A stretch of 64,000 nucleotides of DNA from an uncultured Luteimonas sp. (GTDB taxonomy: Bacteria > Pseudomonadota > Gammaproteobacteria > Xanthomonadales > Xanthomonadaceae). A program made the position numbers and the translations under genes. Of this stretch, positions 9,351 through 18,931 are shown piece after piece (position 1 is the stretch's first letter; every line of letters starts with the position of its first letter). The notes under the pieces were generated by a model. The model did no database searches and was not told the DNA's origin. It saw only the letters and a program-made list of their open reading frames with translations. Where the stretch lies: the NCBI GenBank assembly GCA_938008415.1, contig CALLKI010000063.1:5348-69347 (forward strand). Reading direction: 5' to 3'.

Positions 9351-10298
9351 ATGACACAGACCCCTACCAGCCCGGGCGTGCGCATCGTCGAGGTTCCCGC
9401 CGACCGCGAAGGGCAGCGGCTCGACAATTTCCTGGCCGGGCAGCTCAAGGGCGCGCCCAAGTCGTTGATCTACAAGATCGTCCGCAGCGGGCAGGTGCGG
9501 GTGAACGGCAGCCGGGCCAGACCCGAGACCCGGCTGCAGGGCGGGGACCTGGTGCGGGTCCCTCCGGTGCGTCTCGGCGAGCAGGGAGACAAGGCCCCGC
9601 CGCCCAGGGGGATGCTGGAGGCGCTGGCGGGCAGCATCGTGTTCGAGGACGCCCGGATCCTGGCGATCAACAAGCCCAGCGGGATCGCCAGCCACGGCGG
9701 CAGCGGGGTCAGCTTCGGGGTCATCGAGGGGCTGCGGGCGCTGCGGCCGGGCCAGCCGCTCGAACTGGTCCACCGGCTGGACCGCGACACCTCCGGGCTG
9801 ATGGTGCTGGCCAAGAAGCGCTCGGCGCTGGCCGAGCTGCAGGCCCTGATGCGCAAGGACGGCGGGGTGTCCAAGCGTTACCTCGCCCTGCTGGTCGGGC
9901 GGATGCCCGACGGCACCATGAGCGTGGACGCGCCGCTGCACATCGGCCTGCGCCAGGGGGGCGAGCGCCACGTCCAGGTGCGCGCCGACGGCAAGCCGTC
10001 GCTCAGCCACTTCCGGGTGCTGGAGCGCCGCGGCGGGCATTCCTACTGCGAGGTGCGGATCGAGACCGGCCGCACCCACCAGATCCGGGTGCACGCCGCG
10101 CACATCGGGCACCCGGTCGCGGGCGACGGCAAGTACGGCGACCAGGAGGCCAACCGGCGCCTGCGCGAGCGGGCGGGGCTGAAGCGCCTGTTCCTGCACG
10201 CGGCGTCGCTGGAGTTCGCGCTCGACGGCGGGCGCACGCCTTACCTGCTCGACGCGCCGCTGGCCCCGGAGCTGGCCGCGGTGCTGGACCGGCTGTAG
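9351..10298 (+). CDS. rluC: 23S rRNA pseudouridine synthase RluC (RluA family with S4 domain)
   Basis: It has an S4-like N-terminus (RLDNFLAGQL...SLIYKIVRSGQVRVNG) and the catalytic HRLDRDTSGLMVLAKK. It is divergent from rne, as in enterics. Confidence 0.92.
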   Translation: MTQTPTSPGVRIVEVPADREGQRLDNFLAGQLKGAPKSLIYKIVRSGQVRVNGSRARPETRLQGGDLVRVPPVRLGEQGDKAPPPRGMLEALAGSIVFEDARILAINKPSGIASHGGSGVSFGVIEGLRALRPGQPLELVHRLDRDTSGLMVLAKKRSALAELQALMRKDGGVSKRYLALLVGRMPDGTMSVDAPLHIGLRQGGERHVQVRADGKPSLSHFRVLERRGGHSYCEVRIETGRTHQIRVHAAHIGHPVAGDGKYGDQEANRRLRERAGLKRLFLHAASLEFALDGGRTPYLLDAPLAPELAAVLDRL

Positions 10299-10318
10299 GC
10301 GGCGCGGCGGGCGCCGCC
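10298..10318. terminator. GC hairpin filling the convergent rluC/phhB gap
   Basis: GGCGGCGC-GGCGG-GCGCCGCC is an 8-bp stem with no U-tract. It starts within the rluC stop codon. Confidence 0.3.
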
Positions 10319-10322
10319 GGGC

Positions 10323-10670
10323 TCACTCGCCGACCAGGGCGTTGGCCTTGGCCGCGCAGATGAAGTCGTTTTCGCTCAGGCCGCCGACGTCGTGGGTCGA
10401 ATAGCGCACGACCACGCGGTCGTAGTGCACGCCGAGATCGGGGTGGTGGTCCTCGCGGTGGGCGACCCACGCCAGTGCGTTCACGAACGCCATCGTCCGG
10501 TGGTAGTCCTCGAAACGGAAGGTGCGGCGGATGGCGCGTCCGTCCTCGACGAGCTCCCATCCGGGAACCTGCGGCAGCAGTTCGCGGATGCTGGCCTCGG
10601 TGAGCCGGTGCTCGCTGCCGCGGCGCGGGCTGCAGTGTGCCTGGGCGAGGGGGATCAGATCGGACATCAT
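10323..10670 (-). CDS. phhB: Pterin-4a-carbinolamine dehydratase
   Basis: It is the last 115 codons of ORF 10323..12992. ATGATG at 10670/10667 has a GGGAG SD. The motif [33 protein letters not shown] is the PCD signature. Confidence 0.9.
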   Translation of the reverse strand: MMSDLIPLAQAHCSPRRGSEHRLTEASIRELLPQVPGWELVEDGRAIRRTFRFEDYHRTMAFVNALAWVAHREDHHPDLGVHYDRVVVRYSTHDVGGLSENDFICAAKANALVGE

Positions 10671-10745
10671 GGGACTCCCGGGGATTGCCTGTGCGGCGTT
10701 CATGCGCCAGCCGGGATCGCGGCGGGCGCGTGGCAAAGGGGTGGC

Positions 10746-10751
10746 TAGAAT
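10746..10751 (+). promoter_or_regulatory. Candidate -10 hexamer TAGAAT, 6 nt upstream of the nfuA ATG
   Basis: It is the only AT-rich hexamer in the 87-nt phhB/nfuA divergent gap. There is no SD between it and the ATG at 10758, and no convincing -35. Confidence 0.35.
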
Positions 10752-10757
10752 ACGCCG

Positions 10758-11351
10758 ATGATCCAGATATCCGAATCCGCGCAGGCGCATTTCCGCAGGC
10801 TGATCGAGCGCGAGGCCCAGCCGGGCCTGGGCGTGCGGCTTGCGGCGGTGGCCCCGGGCACGCCGCAAGCCGACGTGCGCCTCGAGTTTGCCGAGCCCGG
10901 CGACCTGCGCGGGGACGAGTGGGCGATCGACTGCGAGGGCTTCACCCTCTGGCTCGACGCCGGGAGCGTCCCGTACCTCGAGGGCGCGCAGATCGACTAC
11001 GAGGCACGGGCCACCGGTGGCCAGCTGCAGATCCGTGCGCCGAAGATCAAAGGCGATGCGCCGCCGGAGTCTGCCCCGCTGGCCGAGCGCGTGCACTGGC
11101 TGATCGAGTACGAGATCAACCCGCAGCTCGCGCGGCACCGCGGCCATGTGTCGCTGCAGGAGGTGACCGCGGAGGGCGTGGTGGTGCTGCGTTTCGGCGG
11201 CGGCTGCCATGGGTGCGGCATGGTGGACGTCACCCTGAAGCAGGGCATCGAGAAGACCCTGCGTGAGAAGGTGCCCGGCGTGACCGCGGTGCGCGACGCC
11301 ACCGACCACGCGAGCGGCAGCGCGCCGTACATCCCCCGGGACGTTGCCTGA
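10758..11351 (+). CDS. nfuA: Fe-S cluster biogenesis protein NfuA
   Basis: [16 protein letters not shown] aligns from residue 1 with E. coli NfuA (MIRISDAAQAHFAKLL). The Nfu domain carries the GGGCHGCGM CxxC. Confidence 0.93.
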   Translation: MIQISESAQAHFRRLIEREAQPGLGVRLAAVAPGTPQADVRLEFAEPGDLRGDEWAIDCEGFTLWLDAGSVPYLEGAQIDYEARATGGQLQIRAPKIKGDAPPESAPLAERVHWLIEYEINPQLARHRGHVSLQEVTAEGVVVLRFGGGCHGCGMVDVTLKQGIEKTLREKVPGVTAVRDATDHASGSAPYIPRDVA

Positions 11352-11369
11352 CGTCGGCCAGGGGCGCTC

Positions 11370-12995
11370 GTGTACACGGCCGCCGACCTGATCGCAGCAA
11401 TCCAGCGGAGGCGGCTTCGTTCCATCCGTCCTCCGCCGCCGGCAGGGGAATACCCGCCGGGCTGGCAGGCCTGGTTCGACGGCCTGCGGGCGCCGGATGC
11501 CGGTGGCATGGCGGTGTTCTCCGCGGCCTCCGCGGAACGGCGCCGGATCTTCCCCGGTGGCACGAAGCAGCGTGGGCTCCTGTCCTCCTTCCTGCGGCTG
11601 TGGCGCAACGAGTGGTACCCGCCGGCGCGCGGCACGCGGCTGTTTTCCGCGGTCGCGACGGTGCTGCTGCACATCCTCTGGCTCCAGCTCCTGCTGCTGT
11701 CCTCGCTCCGGTTCCTGTCCGGCGTGCCTGACGAGGAAGCGGGCCGCGGCGAGGAACATGTGGTCCAGGTCGAGTACATCGGGGAGGGCACGCCGGAGGA
11801 GGATGCAGGCGGCGCGCCGCCACGGGAGGCGGAAACTCCGGCGGCCGACGCGCCGCGACCGGCACCCGCGGTCGCGCGGACCGCGCCCCCGCCCGTGCCG
11901 CAACCGCTGCCCGAACCGGCGCAGGCCGAGCCGCAGCCGGCCGAGGAACCGCGTGTGGCCCCTGTCGCCGAGCAGCCGCTGCAGGTGACCGAGACTCCCG
12001 AGCCCGACGGCGATTTCGTGCTGCCGCCGGCGGTACGCCCGGTGGAGGTGCAGGTGCGGGTGCCGGATCGCCTGTCCGCCGAAGTGCCCAATGTGCGGAT
12101 GCGCGAGATCGCGGCGCCGGTGCCGCCGGCGGAGATCAGGGAGCTGCCCAGGCGCGAGGTGGCCGTGCCCGAGACGCCGCGGCCGCAGGTGGATGCGGTC
12201 GTGCGCGAGATCCCGGTGGTCCCGCAGGTGGAATTGCGCCAGCCGAACGTGGAGGTCGCGGTGCCGGCGCCGGAACTGCGCGGTGATGTGCGGCAGCCAC
12301 GGTTGCGTTCGATCCCCGCGCCCGCGGCGGGTCGGACGCGGCAGGCTTCCGCCGGGACGCCCGCGGACGATGCCGCCGGCAGCGCGCGGACTGCCGCGGG
12401 CGCTTCCCCGGCAGCCCCGGAAACGGGGCGTACCGCGGGAACGCGGGCGGCGCCCGCCACCGGCAGCGGCACGCAGCCGGCGCCCGCAGCCGGCGCGTTG
12501 CCGTCTCCACGCGCATCCGACGACTGGGGGCTGGGTTCGCGCAACCAGCCCGGTGGCAGCCAGGGCATGTTCGATGCCGACGGCAGGCCACGGCTGGCCG
12601 GCAGCGGCGGTGGTGGCGGCCGGGTGGGTGGCGGCCTGCCGCCGGGGACGATCACCGAGGACTACGAGAAGATCGACCGCATGGGCACGTGGCTCAAGCG
12701 GCCGCCGATCGATTACGAGCCGACCGCGTTCGACCGCTTCTGGATCCCGCACGAGACCCTGCTGCAGGAGTGGGTCCGGCGCAGCATCAAGGAAGTGCTG
12801 ATCCCGATTCCGGGCACCAGCAAGGCCATCCGCTGCGCGGTGGCGTTGCTTGCGGTCGGCGGCGCCTGCGGCATCTTCGATCCCAACATGCAGGACGTGG
12901 AGGCCGAGGCGCGTCCGCCGCCGGACATCCCGTTCAAACCCGAGCTGCAGGAAGACCAGGAAAGCCTGGCCAGGCCGCCACCGGATCCGCACTGA
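11370..12995 (+). CDS. Proline-rich repetitive membrane protein of unknown function
   Basis: GTG start 18 nt after nfuA. It has one hydrophobic segment ([23 protein letters not shown]), a long P/A/E/V/R-rich repetitive middle, and a non-repetitive C-terminal domain ([42 protein letters not shown]...). Third positions are G/C-rich throughout. Confidence 0.7.
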   Translation: MYTAADLIAAIQRRRLRSIRPPPPAGEYPPGWQAWFDGLRAPDAGGMAVFSAASAERRRIFPGGTKQRGLLSSFLRLWRNEWYPPARGTRLFSAVATVLLHILWLQLLLLSSLRFLSGVPDEEAGRGEEHVVQVEYIGEGTPEEDAGGAPPREAETPAADAPRPAPAVARTAPPPVPQPLPEPAQAEPQPAEEPRVAPVAEQPLQVTETPEPDGDFVLPPAVRPVEVQVRVPDRLSAEVPNVRMREIAAPVPPAEIRELPRREVAVPETPRPQVDAVVREIPVVPQVELRQPNVEVAVPAPELRGDVRQPRLRSIPAPAAGRTRQASAGTPADDAAGSARTAAGASPAAPETGRTAGTRAAPATGSGTQPAPAAGALPSPRASDDWGLGSRNQPGGSQGMFDADGRPRLAGSGGGGGRVGGGLPPGTITEDYEKIDRMGTWLKRPPIDYEPTAFDRFWIPHETLLQEWVRRSIKEVLIPIPGTSKAIRCAVALLAVGGACGIFDPNMQDVEAEARPPPDIPFKPELQEDQESLARPPPDPH

Positions 12996-13036
12996 CCGGG
13001 GTGTCCATCGGATGCAGCGGGCATGCGCCTGGAATA

Positions 13037-13068
13037 CGACGGGGCCCGCGTCGCCGCGGGCCCCGTCG
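13037..13068. terminator. Bidirectional GC hairpin between convergent genes
   Basis: CGACGGGGCCCGCG-TCGC-CGCGGGCCCCGTCG is a 14-bp perfect stem with a 4-nt loop and no clear U-tract. Confidence 0.45.
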
Positions 13069-13094
13069 CATGGGGCAGGTTGGAGGATCGTGCC

Positions 13095-13532
13095 TTACTG
13101 CACGCCTTCCAGGTCGCGCAGCTGGCCCGGCCGCGAGGCGAAGTACGCGGCCAGGTCGGCGATCTGCTGGTCGCTCAGGCCCGCGGCCTGCTGCGACATC
13201 AGCGCGTGCTCGCGGTCGCCGTCGCGGTACTTCAGCAGCGCGTGCGCGAGGTAGTCGGCGTACTGGCCACCGATGCGCGGGTAGGTCGGGTCCAGCGGCT
13301 CGTTGCCGTCCGGGCCGTGGCAGTCGATGCACGACTGGCCGGTGGCCTGGCCCTTGGTCTGCGCAAGCTGCTCGCCCTCGGCAACGCGGCCTTCCGGCAG
13401 ACCGGCGGAGGAGGAGCGCCGCGCGGCTTCGCCGGCGGCCTCGCCTTCGTGGGAGCCGCCACCGCAGGCGGCCAGCAGCAGGGCGCCGGACAGGGCGAGG
13501 GCAAGGCGGGAAATCCTGGTCATGTCGGTCAT
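13095..13532 (-). CDS. Monohaem c-type cytochrome lipoprotein (cytochrome c4-half-like)
   Basis: Lipobox LLLAACG. Haem site CIDCH. GGQYADYLAHALLKYRDGDREHALM is typical of the c4/c-555 class. ATG at 13532; the listed ORF begins at a GTG at 13547. Confidence 0.85.
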   Translation of the reverse strand: MTDMTRISRLALALSGALLLAACGGGSHEGEAAGEAARRSSSAGLPEGRVAEGEQLAQTKGQATGQSCIDCHGPDGNEPLDPTYPRIGGQYADYLAHALLKYRDGDREHALMSQQAAGLSDQQIADLAAYFASRPGQLRDLEGVQ

Positions 13533-13543
13533 GGGCGCGGGCC

Positions 13544-13918
13544 TCACTTCTTCAATCCGGAAAGGAACGCCGCGAGGTCGGCGATGTCCTGGTCGGAGAA
13601 GCTCTGCGCCTGCGACTGCATGGTCGGGTGCTTGCGGGTGCCCTGGCGGTACTCGCGAAGAGCGTTGACGAGGTAGGCCTCCGACTGCCCTCCGATCAGC
13701 GGCACGTGGTAGTGCGGGTAGACGTTGCGGTAGCCCCTCACGCCGTGGCAGCCCTGGCAGGTGAAGGCGAGGGTACGGCCGTTTTCCGGGTTGCCGACCA
13801 GCCCGGTGGAGGCCGTGGCGGAGGCCCCGGAAGAAGCCTCGGAGGGCGTCTGCGCCGGCAGCGCTTGCGGGAGCAGGGCAAGGCCTAGGCAGGCGGCGAT
13901 CGTGAACGCTCGCGTCAT
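13544..13918 (-). CDS. Monohaem c-type cytochrome (cytochrome c4-half-like)
   Basis: The ATG at 13918 gives signal peptide MTRAFTIAACLGLALLPQALPA. Haem site CQGCH. GGQSEAYLVNALREYRQGTRKHPTM parallels the downstream paralogue. Confidence 0.85.
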   Translation of the reverse strand: MTRAFTIAACLGLALLPQALPAQTPSEASSGASATASTGLVGNPENGRTLAFTCQGCHGVRGYRNVYPHYHVPLIGGQSEAYLVNALREYRQGTRKHPTMQSQAQSFSDQDIADLAAFLSGLKK

Positions 13919-14272
13919 GTCGTTAGTCCGCAATCCTGTTGTTCTGCTTGTGTTGAACCGGCTGGAATACATGTCCGCATGGCGCGGTGCGCCGCCGCCA
14001 GCGCGACATTCAGGCGAGTATAGCTTGAGGCTCCGGACCTGTTAATGTTCCGTCGCCTGCCGACAGCGGGCGCAAAGCCCGCATCGCCCGCCGTGGAGGT
14101 GGCCGCGGGGGCAGGGGAAGTGCAACCGGCGCGGTCACGAACGCATCACTTGCACCGTCAGGGCGGCAGGACCACGACTCCGGCTCCATGACCCATGACC
14201 TTCGGCGCATGTCGCGCCCAAGGGTTGTGGTGATATACAATGCTACAACACCATAAGGGTTCGTTTTCGAGC

Positions 14273-15406
14273 ATGTCCAGGATGCGATCTTCGAAGGTGC
14301 ACGGCCTGCCGCTGGCCGTGCTGGCGGTGGCGTTCGCGCTGGCCGGGTGCAAGGGCGGCGCACCGGCCGATGCCCAGGCCAGGGAGGCCGCCGGAAAGGG
14401 CCCGGATGCGATCCCGGTGGAAGTGGCCAGGGTGGTCCGCCGCCCGATCGCGGCGAGCTACGTGGGCTCCACGACGCTCGAGCCGGCCGCCGAGGCCCAG
14501 GTGGTGGCCAAGACCTCCGGCGTCGCCCTCGCGGTGCTGGCCGAGGAAGGCCAGCACGTGCGCGCCGGGCAGACGCTGGTCCGCATCGACCCCGACCGCG
14601 CCCGCCTGCAGGTGGAGCAGAGCGCCGCGCAGCTGCGCAAGCTCGAGGCCAACTACCACCGCGCGCGGCAGCTGGCGGCGCAGCAGATGGTCAGCGCCAA
14701 CGACCTCGACCAGTTGCGCTTCGACCTGGAGAACGCGCGCGCGGTGAACCGCATGGCCAACCTGGAGCTGTCGTACACCAACGTGGTCGCGCCGATCTCC
14801 GGCGTGGTCGCGTCACGCTCGATCAAGCCGGGCAACTTCGTCCAGATCAACACCCCGATCTTCCGCATCGTGGATACCTCGCGGCTGGAGGCGACGCTCG
14901 ACGTTCCGGAGCGCGAGCTGTCCACGATCCGCGCCGGGCTGCCGGTGAAGCTGACGGTGGACGCGCTGCCGGGCAGGGAGTTCGAGGGCGTGGTGGATCG
15001 CGTCGCGCCGGTGGTGGACTCCGGCAGCGGCACGTTCCGCGTGATCTGTGCCTTCGAGGGTGACAAGGGGTTGCAGCCCGGCATGTTCAGCCGGATCCGG
15101 ATCGATTACGACCGGCGTGCCGACGCGCTGGTGATCCCGCGCATCGCCCTGCTGGACGATGAGGGCGAGTCCGCGGTCTACAGCGTGCGCGATGGCAAGG
15201 CCACGCGCGTGCCGGTCAGGCTCGGCTACGTGGACGGGCCGCTGGTCGAGGTCCGCGAGGGACTGAAGGAAGGCGACGTGGTGGTCACCGCCGGCAAGGT
15301 CGCGCTGCGCGAGGGCAGCGCGGTGCAGGTGATCGGCGATGACGCCACCCAGGTCGCCAGGGCCCCGGCGGAGGCGAAGACGGAACAGGAAGGCGACAGG
15401 CAATGA
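14273..15406 (+). CDS. RND efflux periplasmic adaptor (membrane fusion protein) lipoprotein
   Basis: The ATG at 14273 gives MSRMRSSKVHGLPLAVLAVAFALAGC (lipobox). It has HlyD/AcrA-like coiled-coil and barrel motifs (YTNVVAPISGVV..., GMFSRIRI). Confidence 0.9.
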   Translation: MSRMRSSKVHGLPLAVLAVAFALAGCKGGAPADAQAREAAGKGPDAIPVEVARVVRRPIAASYVGSTTLEPAAEAQVVAKTSGVALAVLAEEGQHVRAGQTLVRIDPDRARLQVEQSAAQLRKLEANYHRARQLAAQQMVSANDLDQLRFDLENARAVNRMANLELSYTNVVAPISGVVASRSIKPGNFVQINTPIFRIVDTSRLEATLDVPERELSTIRAGLPVKLTVDALPGREFEGVVDRVAPVVDSGSGTFRVICAFEGDKGLQPGMFSRIRIDYDRRADALVIPRIALLDDEGESAVYSVRDGKATRVPVRLGYVDGPLVEVREGLKEGDVVVTAGKVALREGSAVQVIGDDATQVARAPAEAKTEQEGDRQ

Positions 15407-18400
15407 GCACGACCCCGGGCAACGGTCCGGGCCCCGTCGAGGGCGGGGCGCCGGCGGGTGGCTTCAGCCTCGTGGAGTTCTCCACCAGGCGCCGGGTCAC
15501 CGTGGCGATGTTCACGATCACGCTGGTGCTGTTCGGCCTGATCGCGCTGCGCGAACTCAAGGTCAACCTGCTGCCCGACCTGAGCTACCCGACGCTGACG
15601 GTGCGCACCGAATACCCCGGCGCGGCACCGGCGGAGATCGAGGCGCTGATCAGCGAGCCGGTCGAGGAGGCGCTCGGCGTGGTCAAGAACCTGCGCCGGC
15701 TCAAGTCGGTCTCGCGCACCGGGCAGAGCGACGTGGTGCTCGAGTTCGCCTGGGGCACGGACATGGACCAGGCCAGCCTGGAGGTGCGCGACAAGATGGA
15801 GGTCGTGCAGCTGCCGCTGGAGGCCGAGCCGCCGGTTCTGCTGCGCTTCAACCCGTCCACCGAGCCGATCCTGCGCCTGGCGCTGTCGGCCAAGGGCGAC
15901 GATGGCAGGGACGGCGCGGCTTCGGCCCGCCGCCTGGCGGAGCTGCGCCGCTACGCCGACGAGGACCTGAAGAAGAAGCTGGAGCCGGTCGCGGGCGTCG
16001 CCGCGGTGAAGGTCGGCGGCGGCCTGGAGGACGAGATCCAGGTCGAGATCGACCAGCGCAGGCTGGCGCAGCTCAACATCCCGATCGAGACGGTCATCCA
16101 GCGCCTGCAGCAGGAGAACGTCAACATCTCCGGCGGGCGCCTGGAGGAAGGCGCGCAGCGCTACCTGGTGCGCACGGTCAACCAGTTCTCCTCGGTCGAG
16201 GAGATGCGCAGGATGCTGGTGACCGTCCAGGCGCAGGGGCAGGGCGGCGACGCGTCGGCGAGCGAGGTGGCGCGCATCGCGGCGGCCACCGGCGACGCCG
16301 TGGTGCTGGCGGCGGCGATGGCGGCGCAGTCGTCCGGCGCCGGCAGCATCCCCGGCGGCGGGCGGGCGATCCGGCTGGAGGACATCGCCGAGGTCCGCCA
16401 GGGCCACAAGGAGCGCGAGGCGATCATCCGCGTGGACGGCCGCGAGGCGGTGGAGCTGGCGATCTACAAGGAAGGCGATGCCAACACCGTGGCCACTGCC
16501 GACGCCGTGCACGCGCGGCTGGCGCAGATCCGCCAGCAGGTTCCGCCCGACTTCGAGCTGCGGGTCATCGAGGACCAGTCCACGTTCATCCGCCACGCGA
16601 TCGCCGACGTCAAGAAGGACGCCGTGATCGGTGGCGCGCTGGCGATCCTGGTGATCTTCCTGTTCCTGCGCGACGGCTGGAGCACCTTCGTCATCAGCCT
16701 GTCGCTGCCGGTGTCGATCATCACCACGTTCTTCTTCATGCAGCAGTTCGGGCTGAGCCTGAACGTGATGTCGCTGGGCGGCCTGGCGCTGGCCACGGGC
16801 CTGGTGGTGGACGACTCGATCGTGGTGCTGGAGAGCATCGCCAAGGCACGCGAACGCGGGCTGGGCATCCTGGCCGCCGCGATCCAGGGCACGCGCGAGG
16901 TGGGCATGGCGGTGGTCGCCTCCACCCTGACCACGGTCGCCGTGTTCCTGCCGCTGGTGTTCGTCGAGGGCATCGCCGGACAGCTGTTCCGCGACCAGGC
17001 CCTGACCGTGGCGCTGGCCATCGGCATCTCGCTGCTGGTCGCCATGACCCTGATCCCGATGCTCAGCTCGCTGCGCGGGCGTCCGCAGATGGCATTCCCG
17101 GAGGAGCCTCCGCATCCGCAGTGGCGGCCGGAGAAGCTCTGGCAGAAGCCCGTGGCGGCCGCCGGACGCGGCATCGGCGCGGTGTTCCGCGGCGCAGTCT
17201 TCGGGGTCGCGTGGATGTTCGTGCGCCTGTGGCGCGCGGTCGTGGCCGTCGCCGCTCCGGTCATGCGCTGGCTCAGCGCCAGGGCGATGGCACCGTACGC
17301 GCGCGCCGAGCGCGGCTACCTGAAGCTGCTGCCGAACGCGCTTGCACGGCCGTGGCTGGTGCTGGGCATCGCCGCCGCCGCGTTCGTGGCGACCCTGGCG
17401 GCGGTCCCGATGCTCGGCGCGGACCTGATCCCGCAACTGGCGCAGGACCGCTTCGAGATGACGGTGAAGCTGCCGCCGGGCACGCCGCTGGCGCAGACCG
17501 ACGCGCTGGTGCGCGAGCTGCAGGAGAAGCACGCGGGCGACCCGGGCATCGCCACGATCTACGGTGTCAGCGGCACCGGTACCCGGCTCGACGCGAACCC
17601 GACCGAGAGCGGCGAGAACATCGGCAAGCTCACCATCGTGATGGACGGCGGTGGCAGCGCGAAGCTCGAGGCCGGGCAGACCGAGCGCATGCGCGCGAGC
17701 ATGGCCGGTCGTCCGGACGCGCAGGTGAACTTCAGCCGCCCGGCACTGTTCAGTTTCTCCACGCCGCTGGAAATTGAGCTGCGCGGGCAGGACCTGGAGT
17801 CCCTGCGCGTGGCCGGCCAGCGCATGGCCGCGCTGCTGCGTGGCAATCCCCATTTCGCCGACGTCAAGTCGACGGTGGAGGAGGGGTTCCCCGAGATCCA
17901 GATCCGCTTCGACCAGGACCGGGCCGCGGCGCTGGGCCTGACCACGCGCCAGATCGCCGACGAGGTGGTGCGCAAGGTGCGCGGAGAGGTGGCCACGCGT
18001 TACAGCTTCCGCGACCGCAAGATCGACGTGCTGGTGCGCGCGCGAGAGAGCGACCGTGCCTCGGTCCAGGACATCCGGCGCATGGTCATCAACCCCGGGT
18101 CCAACCGCCCGGTGGCGCTGGAGTCGGTGGCCGAGGTGGTCGCGACCACAGGGCCGAGCGAGATCCACCGGTCCGACCAGGTGCGGGTCGCGGTGGTCTC
18201 GGCGAACCTGCGTGATATCGACCTCGGCACCGCGATGCGCGAGGTGCAGAAGATGGTGGCCGAGGCCAACGCCCGCGGCGAGGGGCTGGGCGCAGGCATC
18301 GGCATGCACATCGGCGGCCAGGGCGAGGAGCTGGCCGAGTCGCTGCGCTCGCTGCTGTTCGCGTTCGGGCTGGCGGTGTTCCTGGTCTACCTGGTGATGG

Positions 18401-18930
18401 CATCGCAGTTCGAATCCCTGCTGCACCCCTTCGTGATCCTGTTCACCATCCCGTTGGCCCTGGTCGGCGCGGTGCTGGCCCTGCTGCTGACCCGATCGCC
18501 GGTGTCGGTGGTGGTGTTCATCGGCCTGATCCTGCTGGTCGGCCTGGTGGTGAAGAACGCGATCATCCTGATCGACAAGGTGAACCAGCTGCGCGAGGCC
18601 GGCATGGCCAAGCGCGACGCGCTGGTCGAGGGCGCGCGCTCGCGCCTGCGCCCGATCGTGATGACCACGACCTGCACCCTGTTCGGCTTCCTGCCGCTGG
18701 CGGTGGCACCGCTGTTCGGCAGCCCGGGCGCCGAGGTGCGCTCGCCGATGGCGATCACCGTGATCGGCGGCCTGCTGGTGTCCACGCTGCTGACACTGGT
18801 GGTGATCCCGGTGGTGTACGACCTGCTCGACCGTCGCCCGGATGCCTGGTACGTGGCGCGCGGCCGCCGCGCCCGCGGCGAGCACGACGCGGACCAGGGC
18901 GGCGCGCTGCCCGGGATGGAGGGTGCGTGA
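15403..18930 (+). CDS. RND efflux permease 1 (AcrB/MdtB-like), unusually long
   Basis: ATGA overlap with the adaptor gene. N-terminus FSTRRRVTVAMFTITLVLFGLIALRELKVNLLPDLSYPTLTV. It has 12-TM RND architecture with conserved segments (VDDSIVVLESI, LRPIVMTTTCTLFGFLPLA). Confidence 0.93.
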   Translation: MSTTPGNGPGPVEGGAPAGGFSLVEFSTRRRVTVAMFTITLVLFGLIALRELKVNLLPDLSYPTLTVRTEYPGAAPAEIEALISEPVEEALGVVKNLRRLKSVSRTGQSDVVLEFAWGTDMDQASLEVRDKMEVVQLPLEAEPPVLLRFNPSTEPILRLALSAKGDDGRDGAASARRLAELRRYADEDLKKKLEPVAGVAAVKVGGGLEDEIQVEIDQRRLAQLNIPIETVIQRLQQENVNISGGRLEEGAQRYLVRTVNQFSSVEEMRRMLVTVQAQGQGGDASASEVARIAAATGDAVVLAAAMAAQSSGAGSIPGGGRAIRLEDIAEVRQGHKEREAIIRVDGREAVELAIYKEGDANTVATADAVHARLAQIRQQVPPDFELRVIEDQSTFIRHAIADVKKDAVIGGALAILVIFLFLRDGWSTFVISLSLPVSIITTFFFMQQFGLSLNVMSLGGLALATGLVVDDSIVVLESIAKARERGLGILAAAIQGTREVGMAVVASTLTTVAVFLPLVFVEGIAGQLFRDQALTVALAIGISLLVAMTLIPMLSSLRGRPQMAFPEEPPHPQWRPEKLWQKPVAAAGRGIGAVFRGAVFGVAWMFVRLWRAVVAVAAPVMRWLSARAMAPYARAERGYLKLLPNALARPWLVLGIAAAAFVATLAAVPMLGADLIPQLAQDRFEMTVKLPPGTPLAQTDALVRELQEKHAGDPGIATIYGVSGTGTRLDANPTESGENIGKLTIVMDGGGSAKLEAGQTERMRASMAGRPDAQVNFSRPALFSFSTPLEIELRGQDLESLRVAGQRMAALLRGNPHFADVKSTVEEGFPEIQIRFDQDRAAALGLTTRQIADEVVRKVRGEVATRYSFRDRKIDVLVRARESDRASVQDIRRMVINPGSNRPVALESVAEVVATTGPSEIHRSDQVRVAVVSANLRDIDLGTAMREVQKMVAEANARGEGLGAGIGMHIGGQGEELAESLRSLLFAFGLAVFLVYLVMASQFESLLHPFVILFTIPLALVGAVLALLLTRSPVSVVVFIGLILLVGLVVKNAIILIDKVNQLREAGMAKRDALVEGARSRLRPIVMTTTCTLFGFLPLAVAPLFGSPGAEVRSPMAITVIGGLLVSTLLTLVVIPVVYDLLDRRPDAWYVARGRRARGEHDADQGGALPGMEGA

Positions 18931-18931
18931 C

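Noticed and set aside
10671-12992. N-terminal ~770 codons of the 889-aa minus-strand ORF ending in the pterin dehydratase
   Set aside because: Only the last 115 codons match PCD, and they have their own ATG plus SD. The rest is antisense to nfuA and the repetitive membrane protein.
14010-14363. 117-aa minus-strand ORF in the cytochrome c / RND divergent region
   Set aside because: It overlaps the adaptor gene's signal-peptide region in antisense. It has Pro/Arg-rich composition and no start context.
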